Origin: an uncultured Actinomycetes bacterium
GTDB taxonomy: Bacteria; Actinomycetota; Actinomycetes; S36-B12; CAIYMF01
Reading direction: 5' to 3'
NCBI GenBank assembly: GCA_963697345.1
Contig: CAVONS010000001.1
Coordinates: forward strand, 15,580 to 79,579
Length of the DNA: 64,000 bases
The notes under the pieces are model-generated. The model saw only the letters and a list, made by a program, of their open reading frames with translations. It was not told where the DNA came from and searched no databases. The translations under genes and the position numbers were made by a program. Of this stretch, positions 17,376 to 25,600 are shown one piece after another (within the stretch, counting starts at the first letter, position 1; each line of letters starts with the position of its first letter).

Positions 17376-17930
17376 TCAGACCGCCGGGGACGCCACGCCG
17401 GTCGCCGGACGCGACTCCGGGGCGTCCTCATCCGGTTGCCCGTCCGGGCTTGCGGCCCCGGTCGCGGGGTCGGGCGCGGGCTGGCGCAGCGCCGGGTTCG
17501 CCGCCACCAGCTGCGCGGCGCGCGCCGCCCGCCGCGCCGGACCGGTCACGTCCAGGATGCGCCACTGCCCCGGGCGCTCCAGCCTGCTGTCGTCACCGGC
17601 GCAGATCCAGAACACGTCGCCCACCCGCAGTGCCCGGTCGGCCGCCGGCTGCCCGCCCGCCGCCCGCTGGGCGTTGACCAGCCCCTGGAACTGCCCCACC
17701 GGCATGTTGCGGGTCACCGCCCGCCCAGGGAACACCAGATGCCCGGTAGCGTCGACCGTCGGCCACCGGTCAAGCACGAGGATCACCTGCCCGGCCTCAA
17801 GGTCGTCGACAACCCCGTACCGATCACCGACCTCCGCGGCGAAGTCCGTATTCGCGCCCTCGGGCTCCGGGTGCCACACGCCGGCGACCCTCCGCGCCGC
17901 TGGTACCGACTGCCTGCGCTGCTGGTACAT
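17376..17930 (-). CDS. Hypothetical protein (start uncertain; the ORF extends to TTG 18062)
   Basis: GC3-rich frame from ATG 17930 onward. The stop abuts the MBL start. No recognisable domain. C-terminal Pro/Ala-rich tail. Confidence 0.6.
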   Translation of the reverse strand: MYQQRRQSVPAARRVAGVWHPEPEGANTDFAAEVGDRYGVVDDLEAGQVILVLDRWPTVDATGHLVFPGRAVTRNMPVGQFQGLVNAQRAAGGQPAADRALRVGDVFWICAGDDSRLERPGQWRILDVTGPARRAARAAQLVAANPALRQPAPDPATGAASPDGQPDEDAPESRPATGVASPAV

Positions 17931-18054
17931 CCCCACACCCCGGCTCCCGACGATCGCAACGGCCCCGCCTGAATAGAGAGTCCACCCTCGACGCATCCAC
18001 GTCCAGCCCTCGTACACCACCCGTGCGGGGGTCGGGTGCAGGAAGAGGGCCGTC

Positions 18055-18495
18055 CTACGCAACGGGGCTCAACGTGTGTCGATCGATCCGGTCCTCCGCT
18101 ACGAAGTCGAAGGCAGCAGCCAACTTCCCCTGCCCGATCGGCCTGAGCGTCACGCTCATCTCGACTCCGCTATCAAAACGAGCCGGGCCAACAAACCTTG
18201 TGCCATCCCACGTGACTCGGCCGGTGAACGGCCACGGGCCTTCGGGCTCGGACATGTCGTAACTGCCTGTGCCCGCGCCCTCGATAGCGATGACCCGCGG
18301 ACCGGCGTCCATGTAGTAATCCCCAGCGATGTTAGGGGCCGACGCCGCCGTGCTGGTCTCGGGCGAGGCCCCTGAGTCACTACTGCCGTCGTCAATCAGA
18401 CCAGGGAGCACAGCAGCTCCAACCAAGCCAAGTGCGCCGATTACAGCAACGAGCAAGGTGACGAGCCAAGGGCTGCGTTGGCGGCTATCGCCCAT
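18055..18495 (-). CDS. Small N-terminally membrane-anchored protein, first gene of the sheath operon
   Basis: ATG 18495 after GGGAGG. One TM helix (WLVTLLVAVIGALGLVGAAVL), followed by a Ser/Asp linker and a ~90-aa beta-looking domain. Confidence 0.75.
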   Translation of the reverse strand: MGDSRQRSPWLVTLLVAVIGALGLVGAAVLPGLIDDGSSDSGASPETSTAASAPNIAGDYYMDAGPRVIAIEGAGTGSYDMSEPEGPWPFTGRVTWDGTRFVGPARFDSGVEMSVTLRPIGQGKLAAAFDFVAEDRIDRHTLSPVA

Positions 18496-18865
18496 CTCAG
18501 CCTCCCTGCCCGAAAGCGGCTGTCACCTTCATGATCGCAGGTGCCAGCACCGCCTGCCAATGGCATTTGGTCCCCCCGCTGGCGATCCAGCCGATCGACA
18601 CCATCCCCGGGAGGGGAGCAGCCGCCGTGACATGTGATGAAGGCGGAGGGCTAGAGGCTGGTGGCCTGCTCATCCACTCCACTGAGGGGCCAGGCCTCAT
18701 CCCCGTGTCCCGCCACGCCTTCCGCGTCAAGAGGGGCTACGCGCCGTCGTGAAGCATCGTTCACTTTCGGGCTCTTGAAGTAGCTTGGGGCACAGGTCTA
18801 GCCTCGAACGCACGGCAGGCACGCACGCTCTCGCCCCGTTGGCCTGCTGGGAGAGGCGATGCCCG

Positions 18866-21800
18866 ATGGCCACCACATCGCGACCCACCCGGAAGGCCAC
18901 CCCTCGACCCGCAGGTCGCCGCTCTGCGGCCTCGCAGCCCCGGGACGTCCACGTCTTGGAGGTGCCGCATGAGCCGCTGGCTGTCGTGACCGGCGAGCCC
19001 GGGCTACCGGCGGTGTCGGTGGACGGGCACTGGTTCCGTCTGCTGCGCCCCGGCGACCTGGTCGCCCTGGACGTGCGCGCGCATGGCATGGACCTGGTGT
19101 CCGACGGCTCGGGGGTTGCGCTCGTGCCCCGCGGCGCGGGAGCCCGACTGGAGGTCCGCTACTCGTTCCAGCACGCGATCGAGACCGCCGAGCCGGAGAT
19201 GGCCGTCCCGCCCCCGTTGACGCCCGTCCCAGTCCAGGCCAGGGCAGCCCGGGGCAGCCGACTGGTGTACGCCGTCGCAGCCGACGACCGGATCGAGTAC
19301 AGCGTGGCCGGCGTACTTGCCGCGATGAGCCGACTGCCGCTGATCGTGGTGCCGCTGGCGACTCCGCGGGCGTTCCCGCGCCAGTTCAGGCCCAGCGCCT
19401 TCCCGGAACTGGTGGGATCGGCGGAGCTGCCCGGCGGGATCCGGTTGCTGCGCACCCCCGTTGGCTTGGTCCTGGCGCCCGCGGGACGCCAGCGCGACGC
19501 CCACCAGGCCGATCGGGGTCGTGCCCTGATCTCGGCGGCCACCTCTCTGCGCACCGCCCGGGTACTCATGGCCGCAGAACGTCCTGTTGATCTCAGCGGC
19601 CTGGAGTTCAGCACTGCAGGCCTGAGCGTCGGTGAGCTGACGTTCCGGCCCCCGATCGTGCGACCGGTGCACCAACGACCCCGGGCTCCACGGCCCGACG
19701 AGACCGCCATCGAAGCACCGTTCCGACTCGCGCTCTCCCCGAGCGCGCTGGGCGGGTTCGCCCACGCGACCACGCCGGTGCGCGTCCCGGCCGATCCCAC
19801 CCGGCCGCGCGACCCCGAGCGGATCGAGCTGTGGCACAGCAGGCTGGGCGTGCGCCGCGTGGCCCGCGACGGGACCGTCCACATCGACGAGACCCGCGAC
19901 CCGCAGAAGGCGGTGCGCGCGGTGTGGGCCCGCGACCTCGACCAGCCCTCCCCGGGCACGATCGGCTTCCTGACCTCGCTGACGGGCGAGAACCGTGAGG
20001 TGCTCGTGCGCCAGAGCGCGGACCCGCGGGTCGCCCCACCGCAGCCCGTCGACACCGACCGGCTCTACCTCAGCGCCCTGGGCGCCTGGCTCGAACTGCA
20101 CGGCCGATGGACCATCAAGCCCTACGCGCAGCAGCAGCTGCCCAGCATCGAGGCCTGGGACCACGAGGCCACAAGCGGCCGCGACCAGTACGTGCGCGTC
20201 GTCGAGCCGTACTACCTGTTCCCGTTCGGGCACCGGGCCAGCCTCATCACGATCACCGAGCGCAAGATCAAGGACCAGCTCGCGCCGCAGGCCAGGCTCT
20301 ACCAGCGCAAGTTCATCACGATCGCCGAGCCGGTCCGCGGGTTCGACGACCGCACAGTGCCGTTCCTGCAGGTCCGGATCCGACCGCTGGTCACGCCAAA
20401 CCTGGACTTCAAGCTCCCCCTAGGCTCCCCGCCCAATGTGGCCGGGACGGTGGGCGCCTACGGCGACGACCTGTTCTGGCCGGTCGTCGCTGGGGCCAAG
20501 TACCGGTTCGTCCTCGATTGCCTGGACCATGACGGACGCCGGGTGGTCCTGCGCGCCCCGTTGCTGGCGGTGGCCGCGCACTTGGGCAACGCCACGCAGA
20601 AGACCGACATCGTCACCGCCTACACCACCGACCCGGAGCACCCGATCCCCGCCGACGGGCAGTCGGTGGCCATGGCCCCCAGCACGCTACCGGGGGACAC
20701 CGCATTCGAGACCGTGACCCTGCGGTTCACCGGCGACCCCGGATCGCCAGGAGACCGGAGTTCGGCCCCGCACCTGGCGGAGTCCGACCTCGTCATCCCG
20801 GCGATGCGGCACCTGGCGCCGATCAGCGACCCAGTCACCGTGTCCTACGCGCAGGCCTACCTGGTCGATGGCTTCACGGGCAACAACGCCTCGGCCCAGG
20901 TGCTACTCGCGCTCAAGACGATGACCCAGATCTCATTCGGCGGCGGCACCGACAGGGCCGGCGGGTTCGTGCAGCCCGATCTGCCGGTGCGCGGGCTGTC
21001 CCGCGCGATCGGCGTCGTGGGCGACATCGACTCGGTGGTCAACCCGCCCAGCCCGGCGCAGGCGTTCGACCCGCAGGCCTTCCTCGCCGGCGCCCTGCCC
21101 AAGCTGTTCGGGCTGTTCGAGCTGACCGACATCCTGGCCCTCGCCGGCCTGGACAAGGCCCCCTCGTTCGTGACTGAGCAGCTCGACCGGGTCGCGGCCC
21201 TGCTCGCCGATCTCGACGACCTCACCGGCGCCCTCCAGCGTGCCGTCACGCGCCTTGCCGACGATGCGGCGACCGCGCCGACCACCGCCCTCAAGGACCA
21301 GGCCGCGGCGGCCCAGACACAGATCGCGGCCGTGCAGGGCACCTTCGCCGCCCGCGTGAACGACCTGCACGACGCCCTGGACGACCTGATGTCCCTGAGC
21401 GATCCCAGCGACCTGCCGGCCGTCACCGCCGCGGTTTCCGGACTGCTGGACACCCTGGCGGGCTTCGTGAACGACCTGGCCACGACGGTGCGCACCGTGC
21501 CGCTGCCCCCGGCGGTCAAGGCCGAGCTGGAGCGACTCGTCGGCGCGTTGGCACCTGTTCTCGACGCCGCCGAGGTCGCACACACGCTCGAGGCCATCGC
21601 GGACTTCGTCAACGGCCTGGACCCGGCCAACGGCTCCGTGCGGGCGCGGTTCCAGTGGCGCCCGACCCTGACGAACTTCCCCAGCTCGGCGACCACCGCC
21701 GAGGACGCTCTTTTCTTCGTCAAGCCCGACGGATTCCTGCTCTCGGTCGAGGCGCGCGCCTCGGGCAGCGACGGGGTGGGCATCGACGTCCTGGCCGAGC

Positions 21801-22666
21801 TCGCGGACTTCGGGCTCAACCTGTTCCCGGGTGCGTCTCTGCTGACGATGGGTTTCGACCGGCTGGCCTTCCGCGCCTCGAGCGGGCGCAAGCCCGAGGT
21901 GGACGTGGTGTTCACCGGGATGCAGTGGCAGGGGATCCTGAGCTTCATCGAGACGCTCAAGGAGCTCGTGCCCTTCGACGGGTTCTCCGACCCGCCGTAC
22001 GTGGATGTGAGCACCGACGGGGTCACCGCCGGCTTCGACCTGGCCCTGCCCAACGTGGCGGTCGGGGTGTTCAGCCTCGAGAACATCAGCCTCGGTGCGG
22101 ACGTCCGGGTGCCGTTCCTGGGCGATGCCGTGACGGTCGGGTTCAACTTCTGCACCCGGGAGAAGCCGTTCCGGATGACGGTCATGTGCATCGGCGGCGG
22201 CGGATTCGTCGGCCTGCGCCTGTCTCCCAAGGGCCTGGTCGTGCTCGAGATGTCGCTGGAGGCCGGTGCCAGCCTGTCGATCAACCTCGGGGTGGCCTCC
22301 GGATCGGTGTCGATCATGGTGGGGCTGTACCTGCGCCTCGAGGGCGAGGAGGGGTCGCTGACCGGGTACTTCCGGATCCGCGGCGAGATGGACGTGCTGG
22401 GCCTGATCTCGGCCTCGATCACCCTCGAGCTGTCACTGACCTACGAGTTCGCCACCGGCAAGATGGTCGGCCGGGCCAGCATCAGCATCGAGGTCGAGGT
22501 GCTGTTCTTCTCGTTCTCGGTCGAGGTCAGCTGCGAGCGCCGACTCGCCGGCTCCAACGGGGACCCCACCTTCGCCGCAGTGCTGGGCGTCCCGGAGGAC
22601 GGCACTCCCCTGGTGGGGGTGCCCGACGCCTGGGCCGACTACTGCGCCGCCTTCGCAGGAGCGTGA
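18866..22666 (+). CDS. Giant hypothetical protein 1 (1266 aa), no signal peptide or TM helix
   Basis: ATG 18866 after GGGAGAGG. Very high GC3. Central Ala/Leu/Asp-rich helical block (LDRVAALLADLDDLTGALQRAVTRLADDAA...VKAELERLVGALAPVLDAAEVAHTLEAIADFV). C-terminal ~250 aa of alternating hydrophobic beta-like strands (GGGGFVGLRLSPKGLVVLEMSLEAGASLSINLGVASGSVSIMVGLYLRLEG...ISIEVEVLFFSFSVEVS). Confidence 0.85.
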   Translation: MATTSRPTRKATPRPAGRRSAASQPRDVHVLEVPHEPLAVVTGEPGLPAVSVDGHWFRLLRPGDLVALDVRAHGMDLVSDGSGVALVPRGAGARLEVRYSFQHAIETAEPEMAVPPPLTPVPVQARAARGSRLVYAVAADDRIEYSVAGVLAAMSRLPLIVVPLATPRAFPRQFRPSAFPELVGSAELPGGIRLLRTPVGLVLAPAGRQRDAHQADRGRALISAATSLRTARVLMAAERPVDLSGLEFSTAGLSVGELTFRPPIVRPVHQRPRAPRPDETAIEAPFRLALSPSALGGFAHATTPVRVPADPTRPRDPERIELWHSRLGVRRVARDGTVHIDETRDPQKAVRAVWARDLDQPSPGTIGFLTSLTGENREVLVRQSADPRVAPPQPVDTDRLYLSALGAWLELHGRWTIKPYAQQQLPSIEAWDHEATSGRDQYVRVVEPYYLFPFGHRASLITITERKIKDQLAPQARLYQRKFITIAEPVRGFDDRTVPFLQVRIRPLVTPNLDFKLPLGSPPNVAGTVGAYGDDLFWPVVAGAKYRFVLDCLDHDGRRVVLRAPLLAVAAHLGNATQKTDIVTAYTTDPEHPIPADGQSVAMAPSTLPGDTAFETVTLRFTGDPGSPGDRSSAPHLAESDLVIPAMRHLAPISDPVTVSYAQAYLVDGFTGNNASAQVLLALKTMTQISFGGGTDRAGGFVQPDLPVRGLSRAIGVVGDIDSVVNPPSPAQAFDPQAFLAGALPKLFGLFELTDILALAGLDKAPSFVTEQLDRVAALLADLDDLTGALQRAVTRLADDAATAPTTALKDQAAAAQTQIAAVQGTFAARVNDLHDALDDLMSLSDPSDLPAVTAAVSGLLDTLAGFVNDLATTVRTVPLPPAVKAELERLVGALAPVLDAAEVAHTLEAIADFVNGLDPANGSVRARFQWRPTLTNFPSSATTAEDALFFVKPDGFLLSVEARASGSDGVGIDVLAELADFGLNLFPGASLLTMGFDRLAFRASSGRKPEVDVVFTGMQWQGILSFIETLKELVPFDGFSDPPYVDVSTDGVTAGFDLALPNVAVGVFSLENISLGADVRVPFLGDAVTVGFNFCTREKPFRMTVMCIGGGGFVGLRLSPKGLVVLEMSLEAGASLSINLGVASGSVSIMVGLYLRLEGEEGSLTGYFRIRGEMDVLGLISASITLELSLTYEFATGKMVGRASISIEVEVLFFSFSVEVSCERRLAGSNGDPTFAAVLGVPEDGTPLVGVPDAWADYCAAFAGA

Positions 22667-22669
22667 ACG

Positions 22670-25600
22670 ATGGCCACCGAGTCCTTCCTCGTCACCGCAC
22701 TGCCGCACAGCGCCGACCCCGCGCGCGACGTGCACCTGTCACTGTTCGTCACGCACCGGCTGACCCCGGACGGCCCCTCGGGAGTCGTCGGGGACTTCCC
22801 CACGGTCAGCGCGTGGACCGCCGAGCTGGCAGATGCGCGGATCCGCCTGCTCGGGCGGACCGCCGGCGGGGGCCTGGTACGCATCCCGGTGACCGCCGAG
22901 CTGGGGGTCACCGAGCCCGGGCTCTGGCCCGCGGTGTTCCCGGCTGACCTCGCGGTCCGGCCGTGGGCGACCCCGGACCTCACGGCCGCGCCGTGGCGGA
23001 CGTTCCCCGCGCACCGCATGCAGCAGCACGCGGCCCTGGTGCACGCCGCCGCCATGTTCTCCTCCCCGGTCACGCCCCCCAGCGTCCGCGGCAACGCCCT
23101 GACGGCACCGCTGCTCAAGGCCATCGGCTACGGCGAGTTCCAACGCAGGCTCGGGGTGGAGACGCTGCTGCGGATGGCCCCGGACCTGGACGCCCGCGCC
23201 ACCGAACGCCTGGACGCGCTCTCCGGAGGCGGGCTGGTCGGCCAGGGCCTGGGCACGGCGGGCAACCTGACCGGAGCCGGCCTGGACCCGTTGAGCCTGT
23301 TGGCCGCCGACGTCCACCGCGCGCGGCGCTACTACCAGCGTCCTGAGGACGAGACCCCGCACCAGGACCGACCCACCCCGGGAGCCACCGGGGTCCCGCT
23401 GGCCAAGCCCGATCCGGACTTCCATGCCCGGGCTGCCATGCTCGGCGACCTGTCGCCGCTGCTGCGCAGGCTCGGGCTCGTGATCGACCTGCGCATCGAC
23501 GACCTCGGCGCACTGGATGGCGTCGTCGCGGTCCAGGCCCTGCTCCGCCTTCCCCGGCTGGACAACCCCGTGGCCGAGCAGCCGTGGACGGCCTGCGCGG
23601 TGGCTGGTGTCACGTTCTCGGCGACCTCCGCGAGCGGGGACTACCTCGGGCCGCTGCTGCGCCTCGGCGACGAGCAGCGCTTCCGGGTGCTGGACCTTGA
23701 CCCGGACGCCTCCGGGCTCAAGCTCGAGGCCTACATGCGGACCCTGCCCCGGCTGATGGCCACCGAGACCAACGGGGACCCCGCCAACTCCGCACCGCCG
23801 ACGCTGCGCGCCACAGGCCTGGCGGTGGCACGGGTGGATCGCGCCGCCGACCTCAAGAAGCGCCTGACCGGAGCACCCGCCCGCGATACCGCGCTGCTGG
23901 CCGGGACGGCAGGGGACCTGCACCTCGAGGACGTCGCCCGCGGGGTCCGCCTCGAGGTCTGGGACGACGTGTCGCGCGCGTGGCACTCCCTGCACCGGCG
24001 GTTGATCGACGTGGAGGTCGACGGCGCCGGTCAGGTGCTGGACGACACCCCAGACGTGGGGTTCCTGCAGGGGGCCGCCCTGACCCGCTCGGACGGGCCC
24101 GACGGTGGCGTGCCCGGTGCGCCCTACCACGCCCATGAGGTGCTGGCCGGGTGGGACGGCTGGTCGCTGGCCGCCCCGCGGCCGGGGAAGCTCATCGTCC
24201 ACGAGGACGGCCAGGAGGTGCTCAAGGACGCCCCCGAACCCGACCCGGATCCGGTGAACCCGGTGTCCACCACCTCGCGGGTGGAGCCGGGTACGTTGCC
24301 CCGTCTGCGCTATGGGCGCAGCTACGCCCTGCGCGCGTGGGCCGTGGACCTGGCTGGCAACAGCGCCCCGCACCAGGTGGTCGGCCCAGCGGTGCCGCGG
24401 TCCGGTCCCGGCCCCGCGACTGGCCGGATCGACCCTGACGCCCGGGAGGACCTCGACCCACGACTGCACGCTGTGGCCCAGCGGATCGCCGCGGCTCGAC
24501 TGGCCGCACTGCCACTGGATGCCACGACGAGGACCGACCAGCCGGAGGCGACCGTGGGGCTGGGCGCGGTGCGCGACCAGATCCGGATCCTGCGACCCGT
24601 GGTCCAACCCGGGCCACAGGAGGGCCACGGCGCTGCCGGTCTGGACCTGAGCGAGTTCCGGCCCACCGGCGTGGAGCTCGTGGACCTGCTGGTCCGACAG
24701 CGGATGGTCCAGCGCGGGGAGCGCGCCCGGCTGGTCGCGGTGAACCGGCGGGGGCAGATCGAGGCCCTGTTCGGCGAGAGTGCTGCGACCCTCCCGCGGC
24801 TGCTGGAGCGCACCGACGCCCAGACGCCTGACACCTCGTATGCCGACGCCCTGGTGAGCTCCGTGCGGGCCGGCGGGCGGATCTCGGCCAGTGCCGCTGC
24901 TGCGCTGCTGAGCGCTGCCGCGGACCTGATCACCACCCCCCGCCCGTTCCTGCGCTGGGACCCGGTGATCGAACCGGCTCTGGTGCCGCGACATGCCTAC
25001 ACCGAGGCTGAGTCCCTGACGACCCTGGTGGTCCGCTCCGGCGTGCAGGGCCCCGCCGAGGACGGCCTGACGCTGACGATCCTCGCGCCGGACGAGTTCA
25101 GCACGCAGGCGGTGGCTGAGCATCCCGAGCTGCCGCTGGCCTGGCGCGCGGATTCGCAGCGCCACGTGGCCCCACCGAAGACCAGCCAGTACGACGCGGA
25201 GCTGCACGGGATGTTCGACGCGGCGATGGGCAGCGGCGACCCTGCTGCGGTGTCGGCCGCCCTGGCCGTGGCACTGCGCGAGTCCGGGACGTTCCTGGAC
25301 CCGACTGTGGCCGACCCGGTCACGCCCGGCGCGCGCCTGCCGCAGCCCGGGATCGCGTTCCACGCCTCCCCCACCGCGGAGGTGCCCGCCGCGGCCACCC
25401 CCGCAGACCTGCCGCGCGGCGAGCCGCTCACGCCGGGCCAGTACGTGGTGCACGACGTGGACGACCTCGTGCTGCCCTACCTGCCCGACCCCCTGGCCAC
25501 GGGCCTGTCCCTGGTCTTCCCCGACGCCGGCACCGGCCATCACCTGACCGGCCTGCTGGCCATCGAAGGGGTCACCCTGCGCTACTCGGGCACGTGGCCG

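Noticed and set aside
17376-18495. The two small proteins upstream of the MBL gene, considered as candidates for the missing tail tube
   Set aside because: One has an N-terminal TM anchor. The other shows none of the gp19/Hcp-like sequence patterns I can recognise. Only structure prediction could rescue this idea.
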